NCBI GenBank assembly: GCA_014727815.1
Contig: WJMS01000257.1
Span: 1-60,577, forward strand
Source of the DNA: a candidate division GN15 bacterium
GTDB taxonomy: Bacteria > Zixibacteria > MSB-5A5 > GN15 > FEB-12
DNA length: 60,577 nucleotides
Reading direction: 5' to 3'
Shown here piece by piece: positions 1-9,920 of the stretch; the first letter of the stretch is position 1; each line of letters begins with the position of its first letter. A program made the position numbers and the translations under genes. The notes under the pieces are model-generated. The model did no database searches. It saw only the letters and a program-made list of their open reading frames with translations, and was not told where the DNA came from.

Positions 1-163
1 AGCAGCAGCGTTATCGAGCGGGCAATCGAGGGAGAGTCCTTCATACACGTTTCCTGTTGTCCTTGCACGTTCACCTTATCTACCTAGTCATCGGCGGAGC
101 GTGGCCCATCCTTGAGCCGATTAGCCCTAACCCGTTGCTAAGTAACGGATAGCGTAGAGCGAG

Positions 164-1105
164 TCAAGTCTTTTTGGCCCCGCCCAACGCACCTCTCCCC
201 CACTGCATCAAAGTAGCAAATAGTTCTCCAGAATCCGAATAAAATCTCACGCCCGGCTGCCCCCGAAACCAGGTCAATTGGCGCTTGGCGTAGCGGCGCG
301 TATTCTGCTTGATCATCGCCACCGCCTCATCGAGCCCCCAGCGTCCATCCAGATAGTCCAGCAACTCGTTGTAACCTATAACGTTTGATTGACGAACCGG
401 GTCGGCAAGACCGTCCCCCACCAGCCGCTCCACCTCGTCCAGCAGACCGTCAGCCAGCATCCGGTCGACCCGATCATTGATCGTCCGGTACAATTGCTCC
501 CGGTCCGGCGCCAGGCAATGATACTGGAATGTATGTTTCGCTTTGCGATACGCCCCGGTACTCACCAGCTCCGATTTCGGCTTCCCGGTGACATAGAATA
601 TCTCCAGCGCCCGAACCAGCCGGACATGGTTGTTGGGATGAATCTTGGCGGCCTCCAGCGGATCGATCTCCCGAAGCTTCTGATAGAGACATTCGGCGCC
701 GCCATCTGCGCACTCCTGCTCGAGCTTTTCGCGGATTTCCATATCAGTGTTGTCTATCTCTACCACTCCTTCAGTCAGCGCGCGAAGGTACAGGCCGGTG
801 CCGCCGACCACCAGCGGCAGGTTGCCGCGCCTGAGAATTTCGCCGATCGCCGCATTGGCGTCGTCGATAAAACGAAAAGCCGAATAACGCTCCCCGGGTT
901 CTATGATATCTACGAGATGAATCGGCGCCTGTTGCCGTTCTTTTTCGGTCGGCTTGGCAGTACCGATATCGAGCCTGCGGATCATCTGCCGCGAATCGGC
1001 AGACACCACTTCTACCGGCAAGGGCTCGGCAAGTTTCACCGCCACGCCGGTTTTTCCGGTCGCGGTGGGCCCGCAAATGATCGCAATAGCAAACCGGTCA
1101 GCCAC
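164..1105 (-). CDS. miaA: tRNA dimethylallyltransferase MiaA
   Basis: ORF 164..1222 carries the P-loop GPTATGKTG plus DSRQ..LDIGTAKP and VVGGTGLYLRAL motifs. The first 39 tracked codons overlap mutL and look non-genic. GTG at 1105..1103, 8 nt inside the mutL 3' end, gives a normal ~313 aa protein. Confidence 0.9.
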   Translation of the reverse strand: MADRFAIAIICGPTATGKTGVAVKLAEPLPVEVVSADSRQMIRRLDIGTAKPTEKERQQAPIHLVDIIEPGERYSAFRFIDDANAAIGEILRRGNLPLVVGGTGLYLRALTEGVVEIDNTDMEIREKLEQECADGGAECLYQKLREIDPLEAAKIHPNNHVRLVRALEIFYVTGKPKSELVSTGAYRKAKHTFQYHCLAPDREQLYRTINDRVDRMLADGLLDEVERLVGDGLADPVRQSNVIGYNELLDYLDGRWGLDEAVAMIKQNTRRYAKRQLTWFRGQPGVRFYSDSGELFATLMQWGRGALGGAKKT

Positions 1106-2978
1106 GGCCGAACTGCTTGTCGAGATCCTCGCGGCCGATCCGGATAAATGTCGGACGGCCGTGCGGACAGGTGTAGCGGTTGTCACAGCGCAGCAGCTGC
1201 TCGAGCAGCCCCTCGGCCTCACGGTCGGAGAGACGATCGCCCGACATCACCGCCGCCCGGCAGGCAATCGACTGGGCCATCGCCTTGCGCATATCGTGAC
1301 CGGCCTTCTTCAGCGAAGACAGGTCATCGATCACTTTCTGGATCATCTTCTCCGGCGACTTGCGCGACAACACCGCCGGCACCGCCTCAATATTGACCAT
1401 CGTCCCCCCAAACGCCCCGATCGCAAACCCCGATTGATTGAGCAACTCCCCGGCTTCTTCAAACACCGCAAACTGCTCCGGCGACAACTCCACCTGCACC
1501 GGCATCAACAGGTGCTGACCAACCACCGCGTTCTCCTCGACCTGCCTCAACGTCTGTTCATACAACACCCGTTCGTGGGCCGTATGCTGATCGACGATAT
1601 ACAAATCATCACCCGACTGCAGCAGCAGGTACAAATCGGAAAAACGTCCGACCAGCCGCAGGCCATTCGATGGCCCATCCGCACGCTGATGTTCCGGAGC
1701 TTGGTGCTCGCGCGCCGGCGACGGCGATGTCGACTGCGATGCCGGCTCTTCGATTATCTCGCCGGTGGTCGTATCAACCTTCACCACCTCCGGCTGCTCC
1801 GGCCGCGCTTCAGCCGGCGCCGCTCGATAAAGGTCGGACAGGAACGTCCGGTTCGACTGCCCGGCCGATTGCACCCCCGGAATCGTCGGACCGTAATGAC
1901 CGGGGCGCTGGCCGGTCGCCGGGTGCTGTGTGGAGTGCTCTCCCGATGGTCGAAAGGTCGGAATGATCCCGTCCTGCCGCAGCGACTCCTTGACCAATCG
2001 ATAGATCGCGTCGTACACCTCCCGCTCGCGCGACAACCGCACCTCAGTCTTGGCCGGGTGAACATTGACATCGACCTCCGACGGATCAACCGTCAGCAGC
2101 AGCGCCCCGATCGGGAAATTCCCCCGAGGCAACATCTCGCCATACCCGGCGCCAAAAGCGTGCGACAGCGACGGGGCCTGCACATAGCGACCGTTGATAA
2201 ACAAATACTGACTGAATCGGTTGCTCACCGCCAATTCCGGCCGACCGATACAACCCTCGATCGTCACCGGACCGATCGTCCCGCTCACCGGCACAAACTT
2301 CTCCCCCGGCCGCAAAAGCGAGGCCACCCGCTCAACCAGCGGCGTCTCCGGCGGCAGCGAGAAGACCTGACGGCCGTTGAGATTGTACGTGAAACCCGGA
2401 CCGCCGCGCGCAATCGCCAGCGCCGTCGCCGTGCGCGTAATATGGCGCGCCTCGGTCGTTTCCGCTTTCAGGAATTTCCGCCGCGCCGGCACATTGTAAA
2501 ACAGGTTCTCGACCTCAACCGTCGTCCCCGCCGGCGCCGCCGTCGGCTCCTTCGATTGCAGCACGCCCCCCTCGTACAAGATCTCCGTACCGATATCTTC
2601 ATCCGCCGCCCGCGTCACCATGCGCAGACGGGCCACCGATGCTATCGATGGCAGCGCCTCACCGCGAAAACCATACGTTGTCACCCGGTCGAGATCGTGA
2701 AACTCGGAAATCTTCGAGGTGGCATGACGGGAAAACGCGACTTCAATCTGGTCCGACTCTATCCCACAGCCATTGTCGACTATCTTGATCAGCCGCAACC
2801 CCGACTTCTCGATTGTAATCTCCACCCGATCGGCGCCGGCATCGAGCGCATTTTCCACCAACTCCTTCACCACTGCGGCCGGACGTTCCACCACCTCACC
2901 GGCGGCGATCTTGTTGATCAACCGTTCGGGCAGCGGACGGATCCAGCGACGGGATTGCGAATCGGATGGTAAAGGCAT
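1098..2978 (-). CDS. mutL: DNA mismatch repair protein MutL (endonuclease type)
   Basis: GHKL ATPase N-terminus (INKIAAGEVVERPAAVVKELVENALDAGA). The C-terminal domain has DQHTAHERVLYE, matching the DQHAxxExxxxE nicking-endonuclease motif. 626 aa. Confidence 0.95.
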   Translation of the reverse strand: MPLPSDSQSRRWIRPLPERLINKIAAGEVVERPAAVVKELVENALDAGADRVEITIEKSGLRLIKIVDNGCGIESDQIEVAFSRHATSKISEFHDLDRVTTYGFRGEALPSIASVARLRMVTRAADEDIGTEILYEGGVLQSKEPTAAPAGTTVEVENLFYNVPARRKFLKAETTEARHITRTATALAIARGGPGFTYNLNGRQVFSLPPETPLVERVASLLRPGEKFVPVSGTIGPVTIEGCIGRPELAVSNRFSQYLFINGRYVQAPSLSHAFGAGYGEMLPRGNFPIGALLLTVDPSEVDVNVHPAKTEVRLSREREVYDAIYRLVKESLRQDGIIPTFRPSGEHSTQHPATGQRPGHYGPTIPGVQSAGQSNRTFLSDLYRAAPAEARPEQPEVVKVDTTTGEIIEEPASQSTSPSPAREHQAPEHQRADGPSNGLRLVGRFSDLYLLLQSGDDLYIVDQHTAHERVLYEQTLRQVEENAVVGQHLLMPVQVELSPEQFAVFEEAGELLNQSGFAIGAFGGTMVNIEAVPAVLSRKSPEKMIQKVIDDLSSLKKAGHDMRKAMAQSIACRAAVMSGDRLSDREAEGLLEQLLRCDNRYTCPHGRPTFIRIGREDLDKQFGRG

Positions 2979-2979
2979 A

Positions 2980-5583
2980 CTACTCTACGTCTTTCTTCAG
3001 GCTGTTCAAAAACTGTAACGCCTGAAGCGGAGTCATGTTCTCGATGTCAGCCTCTTTGAGACGGTTCTCGATCTCCGATGGTTGCGGGTCGAACAGGCTC
3101 GGCTGCATGCGCTGCTTGTACACACCCTTGCCGAGTTCGCTCCGGTTGAACTTGCCCGATTCGAGCAGCTTGAGAATCTGCCGCGCGCGGGTGATCGTCT
3201 GGCGCGGCACCCCGGCCAACCGGGCCACCTCGATCCCGTACGAATCATCGCACCCACCCGGGATGATCTTGTGCAGGAAAATGACCTTGTTCTCCCACTT
3301 CTTTACCGCCACCTGGTAGTTGGCGATATGCTCGTAGATCTCCGCCATGCCGGTAAGTTCATGATAGTGCGTCGCAAAAATCGTCCGGGCCTGCTTCTGC
3401 TCGTTGATATACTCCACCACCGACCAGGCCACCGACAGACCGTCAAACGTCGATGTCCCCCGACCGACTTCGTCAAGCAGCACCAGCGACCGCTCAGTCG
3501 CATTGTGCAGAATATTGGCCGTCTCAACCATCTCCACCAGGAAGGTCGACTGACCCCGCGCCAGATTGTCCAGCGCCCCGACCCGGGTGAAGACCCGGTC
3601 GACCAGCCCGATCTCGGCCCTATCAGCCGGCACCCACGAACCAATCTGGGCGAGAATGACGATCAACCCGATCTGCCGCAGATAGGTCGACTTGCCCGAC
3701 ATGTTCGGCCCCGTCAGGATAACCATGCGACCATCATCATTGAGATCAACATCGTTGGCGACAAACGAGCCCGACGGCAGCACCGACTCAATCACCGGAT
3801 GCCGCCCGCCACTGATCGCGAGGCGGGTGTCCTCGAATATCTCGGGGCGACAATACCCCCGCGCGACAGCCAGGTCAGCCAGGCCGGAAACAACATCGAC
3901 CTCGGCCAGCAGTTCGGCCGTATGAACGATATCGCCAATCCGCTCGTTCAGCGCCGCCACCAGCTCCTCGTACAGCTCGAGTTCGAGACGGACAATCTTC
4001 TCCTCGGCCGCGAGGATCAACTCTTCCTTCTCTTTCAGCTCCGGCGTGATGTAGCGCTCGGCATTCACCAGTGTCTGCTTGCGGATATACTCCTTCGGCA
4101 CATGTTGACTGTTGGCCTTGGTGACCTCGAGATAGTAGCCGAAGACCTTATTGAAACCAACCTTGAGCGTGGCTATCCCCGTCCGCTCACGCTCGACTTT
4201 CTGCAGCGAAGCGATATACTTTCGGGCGTCACGAATCGAATCGTTGAGGTCATCGAGTTTCTCGGAAAAACCGGCCCGGAAAATCCCCCCCTTGTTCGCC
4301 ACCAGCGGAGCCTCTTCAACCAGCGCCCGATCGACCATGCCGACCAGATCGGTACAGTCCGGAAACGAATCGGCAAGCTGCATCAGGTGCGGCGAGCGAC
4401 AAGCGCGCACAATCGACCCGATCTGCGCCGCCACCGCCAGACCATCCTTGATCCCCGCCATCTGCCTCGGCGACAGTTTGCCGATCCCGAGACGGCCGGC
4501 AAAGCGCTCGATATCCGGAAGCTTCTTCGTTTCTTCACGAATCCGAAAACACAGCTCGCGCTCTTTCACCAGCTCGGTGACACCGGTCAGACGACGTTCG
4601 ATCGGCGCTTTCGTCTTGAACGGATGCAGCAGCGCCCGCTGCAACCGTCGCGCTCCAAACGGCGTGTGACAGCGATTGATCACCGAGAACAGTGAGTTCT
4701 CCTCGGTATTGTTGGCGATATCACGGACCAGTTCGAGATTGCGCACGCTGGAGTAATCGAGCGTCATCAACTCGGCATCATCGAACCGACTCAGCCGTGT
4801 GATGTGTGACAATTTGTCGCGATGGTTCTCCTGTAAATACCGGAAAATCGCCCCGGCGGCCGTAATCGCCTGCTTGGCGTGACCAACCCCAAAACCATCG
4901 AGCGTGCTGACCTCAAAATGCCGCGTCAGGTCACGTGTCGCCGTGCGCACATCGAAATTGAAATCCTCGTAGGCCGTCACCCGGCCGTCATCGGAACGGA
5001 GCCCGAGCGAAGCGAGGCTGTCGTCGTCGGCTATCGACGCTGGATACAGAATCTCCGAGGGCTCCAGCAGCCGAAGCCGTTCGCCGATATCATCAGCCGG
5101 CCCTTCATCGAGTACAAACTGCCCGGTCGCCAGGTCCAGCGCCGCCATCCCGGCCGTCTTGCCGTTGCGACTGAACATCGCCGCGAGGTAATTCGCTCGG
5201 GTTTCCTCCTGCGCCCCCTCGACCGTCGCCGTCCCCGGCGTCAGAATCTCGACAATGTCCCGCTTCACCAGCCCTTTGGCCGTCTTCGGATCCTCCACCT
5301 GCTCCACCACCACCACTTTGTGGCCCCTGGCCAGCAGCTTGGCAAGATAACGCTCGGCCGAGTGATGCGGCACGCCGGCCAGCGGGATTTTCTCCGATGT
5401 GCCATGCGAACGCGAGGTCAGGGCGATACCGAGAATCGGCGCGGCCACGACAGCATCGTCGCCAAACATCTCATAAAAATCGCCCATGCGAAAAAAGAGA
5501 ATTTTGTCGGGATGCTGGGCTTTAATGGTGTGAAACTGACGCATCAACGGCGTCAGCGCAGAACCGTCGGACTTCTTGCTCAT
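2980..5583 (-). CDS. mutS: DNA mismatch repair protein MutS
   Basis: 867 aa with an N-terminal mismatch-binding region (TPLMRQFHTIKAQHPD, FYEMFGDDA), Walker A GPNMSGKST, STFLVEM and ATHYHELT motifs. Confidence 0.97.
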   Translation of the reverse strand: MSKKSDGSALTPLMRQFHTIKAQHPDKILFFRMGDFYEMFGDDAVVAAPILGIALTSRSHGTSEKIPLAGVPHHSAERYLAKLLARGHKVVVVEQVEDPKTAKGLVKRDIVEILTPGTATVEGAQEETRANYLAAMFSRNGKTAGMAALDLATGQFVLDEGPADDIGERLRLLEPSEILYPASIADDDSLASLGLRSDDGRVTAYEDFNFDVRTATRDLTRHFEVSTLDGFGVGHAKQAITAAGAIFRYLQENHRDKLSHITRLSRFDDAELMTLDYSSVRNLELVRDIANNTEENSLFSVINRCHTPFGARRLQRALLHPFKTKAPIERRLTGVTELVKERELCFRIREETKKLPDIERFAGRLGIGKLSPRQMAGIKDGLAVAAQIGSIVRACRSPHLMQLADSFPDCTDLVGMVDRALVEEAPLVANKGGIFRAGFSEKLDDLNDSIRDARKYIASLQKVERERTGIATLKVGFNKVFGYYLEVTKANSQHVPKEYIRKQTLVNAERYITPELKEKEELILAAEEKIVRLELELYEELVAALNERIGDIVHTAELLAEVDVVSGLADLAVARGYCRPEIFEDTRLAISGGRHPVIESVLPSGSFVANDVDLNDDGRMVILTGPNMSGKSTYLRQIGLIVILAQIGSWVPADRAEIGLVDRVFTRVGALDNLARGQSTFLVEMVETANILHNATERSLVLLDEVGRGTSTFDGLSVAWSVVEYINEQKQARTIFATHYHELTGMAEIYEHIANYQVAVKKWENKVIFLHKIIPGGCDDSYGIEVARLAGVPRQTITRARQILKLLESGKFNRSELGKGVYKQRMQPSLFDPQPSEIENRLKEADIENMTPLQALQFLNSLKKDVE

Positions 5584-6581
5584 CGAGCGACAACCTGGTA
5601 CACTTCGCCGTGATTCGCCTCCAGCGTCGTCTTGAACTGCAGGGCATCGTTATAAGTGGAAAACCGACCGACATACACGACATGATAGCTCTTGCCCGAG
5701 ATTGTCTTGCTGCCGATATCAACCGTCTTGCCGTACTTCTCGAACAGGTCGCGCTGTCGCCGGGCGTTGTCACCCTCGGAAAAGACACCGACCTTGACCG
5801 AGTAGTAGGTGCCGGTCAGTTGTTCGGCGGTGTTGTCGGAGCGAGCCTTGTCGGGGATACTGCCGAGCCGATCGATCAGAACATCGAGACCAACCGACTG
5901 CGGATAGGCCTCCCGAAGTATATTGTAGTAGAACACAGCATCGTCATAACGCTCCCGTTCATACGCGTCGATCGCCAGCAGGTACAACGCCTGCGGAATA
6001 CCGGGACCGCGCTGCTCGCGAGTGAGCGCCCGAAGCATCTCGATGGCGCCGATCCGCTTTTTTTGCGCGAACATCAGCCGCGCCTTGTCGATCCGACCCC
6101 ACTGCGACGGCTCCCCGTCGCTGTACTCCACCAGGTACCGGTCGACCTGGCGAAGCGCCGACTCGCGACGGCCGGCCTCTTCGTCGACCAGGATCGACAG
6201 CCGCGTCATCTCCCGATCGAACTCACCCGACTCCCAGTACGTCCGATACTCATTGACCACCCGGGCAAGCTGCTTGAACTGGTCGGTGACCAGGTAATAC
6301 TGCGCCAGACGGTAGAACAACTCCTGCCGGTAGCGGATCGACACCGATGCTTTCAGGGCGGCTTCCATCAGCCGGGCCGACTCAGCCGCATTCGGCTCGA
6401 TCAGCGCCTGAAAAAAGAGAATATCGCCGTCACGGGTGGCGGCTGACGCGTATCGCGACAGGGAGTCTTCGGCGGCGGCAAGCTCGCCGCGCACGATGAG
6501 TTCGTAGATCGTGCTCTCCGCACTCTTCGCCGTACCGAACAGCAGGATGATTCCGATGAACAGGGTAATGAACTTCTTCAT
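5580..6581 (-). CDS. secreted helical-repeat protein with C-terminal SPOR (peptidoglycan-binding) domain
   Basis: Signal peptide MKKFITLFIGIILLFGTAKSA. The C-terminus YYSVKVGVFSEGDNARRQRDLF...YHVVYVGRFSTYNDALQF fits the SPOR pattern. ATG at 6581 is preferred over the tracked GTG at 6596. The stop overlaps the mutS start by 4 nt. Confidence 0.75.
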   Translation of the reverse strand: MKKFITLFIGIILLFGTAKSAESTIYELIVRGELAAAEDSLSRYASAATRDGDILFFQALIEPNAAESARLMEAALKASVSIRYRQELFYRLAQYYLVTDQFKQLARVVNEYRTYWESGEFDREMTRLSILVDEEAGRRESALRQVDRYLVEYSDGEPSQWGRIDKARLMFAQKKRIGAIEMLRALTREQRGPGIPQALYLLAIDAYERERYDDAVFYYNILREAYPQSVGLDVLIDRLGSIPDKARSDNTAEQLTGTYYSVKVGVFSEGDNARRQRDLFEKYGKTVDIGSKTISGKSYHVVYVGRFSTYNDALQFKTTLEANHGEVYQVVAR

Positions 6582-6610
6582 GACGTCACTCGGCACGCCG
6601 GGCCGCGCGC

Positions 6611-7708
6611 TCAGGTGCCAACCGGGGTGGCATCGGGCGTGGGCGATGCGCCCGGGCCGGCGCTGCGTTTATCGCGATTCCGTTCCATGGTCTGCAGTAA
6701 CTCGGTGAGCTTGCGACGGTCACCTCGCTCGAGATAGAGTCGAATGACCTCGATCAGGACACCGAGATCGTTCGGATAGTCCTCGATCAGGTTCTCCAGC
6801 ACCTCGCACGCCTGATCCGAATCGCCCTTCTTCTCGTGGAACTCGGCCAGGGTCAATCGGGCCTGCTTGTTCTTGGGATCATGTTCGAGAATGTTCTCGC
6901 AGATCTCGATCACGTCGCCATACCGGCCGAGCTCGAACAGGGTCTTTTTCAAACGATCGATCACGAGATGCCCCTTCTCCGGCACGGCGCTGATCAGCTT
7001 GCGCCAGAAATTTACGGCATCTTCAAGACGGTTCTCCTGCGCGTACGAGTCACCGATCGCCAGGTACGCCTCGATCAGGGTCGGATCGAGCCCGATCGCT
7101 TCCTTGTAGACAATTCGCGCCTTGTGGTACTCGCGCTTCTTGTACAACTGCGAACCCATGTGAAGCTTGAACCGGGCCAGCGGCTTCTTCGACTTGTTGC
7201 CCTCGAGCTTCATCAACGCCACCGCCGTATCGTAGGCGTCCTCCCAGTGCTCGCGACGTTCCTGCACCTTGAGCAGCTGCGTGTGCCCCCAGCGGTTGCG
7301 CGAGTCAAGCGACACCAGCTCCTTGAGCGCCTTCTCGGCCGTCTCCAGATCATCCAGCGCCAGGTAATCCTCGACCAAATGCCGCAGGATCATGACCTTG
7401 GTGGGACGGTCGAGGTCGGTGCGAAGCGTCAGGTCCTTGTGCACCTGCAGGGCCCGTTCGGGGCGTTTGTGCTCCCGCAGGATCTTGCCCAGCCGCAGGT
7501 AGGCATCGATATTGTTCGTGTTCTCGGCCACCACCTGCCGCAGCTTGGTGAACGCCGACTCCGTGCGACCGTCGAGCAGGTCACACAGTGCCTTGACGTA
7601 CAATTCGGATTCGGTCTCGACGGTGCGCTTGAAAAAGCGCTCGTATGCGAGATACAGCGCCGTAGCGCCGAATACGATCACAAGAACGATCAGGACGTTC
7701 TGAAACAT
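6611..7708 (-). CDS. LapB/YciM-like inner-membrane TPR protein (no C-terminal zinc finger)
   Basis: N-terminal TM helix (VLIVLVIVFGATALYLAY) followed by about 8 TPR-like repeats. Sits directly downstream of a LapA-like gene, as in lapAB. Ends in a Pro/Ala/Thr tail without any Cys. Confidence 0.6.
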   Translation of the reverse strand: MFQNVLIVLVIVFGATALYLAYERFFKRTVETESELYVKALCDLLDGRTESAFTKLRQVVAENTNNIDAYLRLGKILREHKRPERALQVHKDLTLRTDLDRPTKVMILRHLVEDYLALDDLETAEKALKELVSLDSRNRWGHTQLLKVQERREHWEDAYDTAVALMKLEGNKSKKPLARFKLHMGSQLYKKREYHKARIVYKEAIGLDPTLIEAYLAIGDSYAQENRLEDAVNFWRKLISAVPEKGHLVIDRLKKTLFELGRYGDVIEICENILEHDPKNKQARLTLAEFHEKKGDSDQACEVLENLIEDYPNDLGVLIEVIRLYLERGDRRKLTELLQTMERNRDKRSAGPGASPTPDATPVGT

Positions 7709-7713
7709 GCGGG

Positions 7714-8082
7714 CTAACTCTCGTTAAAGGCCGATGGTTGTTCGTCCGCGTCGCGATCGGCGCCCTTGAGCAAATCGGCCGACTCTTCGATCGGACGGTT
7801 GCGCAGGATCGCCACTTCGGTCTCCAGCGCCTTGATCCGTTTGCGCGACGCGCGGACCTGTACGGACAGTTTAATGTACGTGCTGATGAACAGCAACAAC
7901 GACAAAATGACCCCCGCCACAAACGCCCAGAACACCACCGTCACCAGCGGCACATCGGCATAGTTGTGATACACCGGCTTCAGGTTGACATCAACCGTCT
8001 GATCGGCGTTGAAATTGTTATAGGCGAATGCAACGATGATGATAATCAACAGGGCCATCAACAATGCCCGTACTGCCCACAT
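7714..8082 (-). CDS. LapA-like (DUF1049-type) small membrane protein
   Basis: Two TM helices (ALLMALLIIIIVAFAY; LVTVVFWAFVAGVILSLLLFI), then a coiled-coil tail. ATG at 8082 follows AAGGGGA. The tracked start at 8127 lies inside an 11 bp hairpin. Confidence 0.6.
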   Translation of the reverse strand: MWAVRALLMALLIIIIVAFAYNNFNADQTVDVNLKPVYHNYADVPLVTVVFWAFVAGVILSLLLFISTYIKLSVQVRASRKRIKALETEVAILRNRPIEESADLLKGADRDADEQPSAFNES

Positions 8083-8102
8083 AGAAATCCCCTTTAGAAC
8101 GT

Positions 8103-8129
8103 CGATGCCGTCGCAGTACGACGGCATCG
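8103..8129 (-). other. 11 bp perfect hairpin between the 230 aa gene and the lapA-like gene
   Basis: Plus strand reads cgatgccgtcg-cagta-cgacggcatcg. No U-tract follows on the minus strand. Lies ~20 nt upstream of the preferred lapA-like ATG. Confidence 0.5.
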
Positions 8130-8179
8130 GACGGAATTATCGAACCTGTACACTCACGTTCGTCGCGCATGCACGGCGT

Positions 8180-8872
8180 TTAGCTCTTGCCCTCGTCCCC
8201 ACTGTCCTCATCACTCTCGCCGCCCCAATTCAGGGTGTTGACCATGCTGGTCGCCTCGGTACTCACCTGATTGAAGAACTCCTTCTCGCTCATGATGTGG
8301 AACAGCAGCATTTTGTTCTCTTTCTTGACGGCGATAATCGAACCCATGTACGAACGGTTCACCCGCTTGCCACCGACCCCCGAGGCCGACGTGCTGATAT
8401 TCTGGGCGTACGGCGCCTCACCGGACCAGAAATCGGTGCGGTAACCGTCGATCGTCAGTCGCTGACGCCCCTTCGGAATGATATCCATCTTATTGAGCAT
8501 GTCGAATTCGCGACGGATCTCACCCTTCTGGTCCGAGTCGTACGATGGACTCAACAGGGAATCGACAAACTGTCCCGGACCCATGTTGGTCTCGGCAACA
8601 TACACCACCATCCGCGGGACCAGCGTGTAGTCCTCGGCTTGCTGGTAGTCAGCCGGGATTCCGTAGTTCTCCTGAAGCAGGACAATGCGGAAATCCTCTT
8701 TGTTCTTTCGGATTCGATCCGACCAGTTGTCGTGGACCTCGAACGAATACTCGTGCTTCACATCGTAAAACACCCCGTCCTTGACATAACCGGCACTGGG
8801 CTGCTTGCGCCGGGCATCAGCGCTCGCGGCAGCCAGCAACAACACACAGCAGCAAATGAGCAGCTTTTTCAT
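8180..8872 (-). CDS. secreted hypothetical protein (230 aa, acidic tail)
   Basis: Clear signal peptide MKKLLICCCVLLLAAASADA, protein-like composition and a GGAGGAGAG Shine-Dalgarno upstream. No family recognised. Confidence 0.7.
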   Translation of the reverse strand: MKKLLICCCVLLLAAASADARRKQPSAGYVKDGVFYDVKHEYSFEVHDNWSDRIRKNKEDFRIVLLQENYGIPADYQQAEDYTLVPRMVVYVAETNMGPGQFVDSLLSPSYDSDQKGEIRREFDMLNKMDIIPKGRQRLTIDGYRTDFWSGEAPYAQNISTSASGVGGKRVNRSYMGSIIAVKKENKMLLFHIMSEKEFFNQVSTEATSMVNTLNWGGESDEDSGDEGKS

Positions 8873-8914
8873 CGTGACACTCTCCTCCAGTCTTCGGCAA
8901 TCGTCAGTTCTACA

Positions 8915-8942
8915 GTTTTATCCTTATACACCGAAAAGTCAA
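8915..8942 (-). promoter_or_regulatory. candidate sigma-70 promoter for the 230 aa secreted protein gene
   Basis: Minus strand: TTGACT-16 nt-TAAAAC, ~36 nt upstream of the ATG. Confidence 0.3.
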
Positions 8943-9030
8943 CCATTTTCACGAAAACGGCCGCCCGGAGGGCGAGGTATCTCGTGGTCGATCAGAAAGT
9001 TACGGCTGGAACTGGAAAGACGCGGCGGAC

Positions 9031-9903
9031 TCAGGAGGGCTCCACCCCGGTACTCACCCGGGTGCGCTCGTCGATATACTCGCCGATCGTCACAAACCGG
9101 AAATCACTGAGCAGCCGGTTGAGCTTGTACGCGAAAATGTCGGTCGAGCCGTACGTCCGAAACCACTGCACCGGCGACAACCCCTCCACCTGCGGCGGGT
9201 TCGGATCGAGCTCCCACGGGTGCAGGTAGATCATCGACGGCCGCCCGTCGTCGTTGAGCTTGCGAATCATCTGCCGGGAATACCAGTACGGCGAATGGCG
9301 CAGGTAGCCGCCACCCGACACCGGCACGTTGCGCCCCATCAACCGATAGGTCGAATTGGGAAACTCGTACAGCTCCCGGCCGTTGGTGCACTGCATGCTG
9401 AACAGCTCACGCGGACCGCTCGGCATGCCGTACAGATCGTGCTTGATCGGGAAGATCGAACTGTCGTACTCGAAACCAAGCTCGGCAAGCACATCAAACG
9501 CCCACGCCACCCGGTTGTTGATCGACCAGCTCGGCGCCCGGTAGCCCCGAGGCATCACCCCGGTCGCATTGTAGATCGCGTCGACCGCCCTTTGCGTATC
9601 CTCCCGGAACGTCTCCGGCGTCATCTGGTCGACTCGCCGGTGCCAGTACGAGTGACAGGCAATCTCGTGCCCCAGCGCCGCTATCTCCTCGATAATGACC
9701 GGGTGGTGCTCGGCGCACCAACCGAGAATGAACCAGGTCGCCTTGACCTGCTTCTCATGAAACAGCGACAACAGGCGCCGCACGTTGACCGCCAGGGTCG
9801 ACGGCAGCGTTTGCCACGTTTCCTGGGGATAACGCTCGCGCAGGATCTCGACCACAAACCACTCTTCGAGATCGACCGTAAGTAGATTTCGTTGCGCCTG
9901 CAT
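9031..9903 (-). CDS. polysaccharide deacetylase (DUF3473-type, EPS-locus associated)
   Basis: N-terminus LLTVDLEEWF and HEIACHSYWH-type His motifs are typical of NodB-like deacetylases found in XrtA/EPS loci (family recalled from memory). Confidence 0.8.
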   Translation of the reverse strand: MQAQRNLLTVDLEEWFVVEILRERYPQETWQTLPSTLAVNVRRLLSLFHEKQVKATWFILGWCAEHHPVIIEEIAALGHEIACHSYWHRRVDQMTPETFREDTQRAVDAIYNATGVMPRGYRAPSWSINNRVAWAFDVLAELGFEYDSSIFPIKHDLYGMPSGPRELFSMQCTNGRELYEFPNSTYRLMGRNVPVSGGGYLRHSPYWYSRQMIRKLNDDGRPSMIYLHPWELDPNPPQVEGLSPVQWFRTYGSTDIFAYKLNRLLSDFRFVTIGEYIDERTRVSTGVEPS

Positions 9904-9920
9904 GATCGGTATGGGCCGGC

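Noticed and set aside
1-44. Possible 5' end of a minus-strand gene leaving the window (ATG at 44..42, MKDSPSIARSITLLL...)
   Set aside because: Only 14 codons are visible, which is too short to support a call.
1106-1222. N-terminal 39-codon extension of the miaA ORF
   Set aside because: It overlaps the mutL 3' end in another frame and has a Ser/Cys/Arg-rich non-protein-like composition. A GTG at 1105 gives a standard MiaA N-terminus just before the P-loop.
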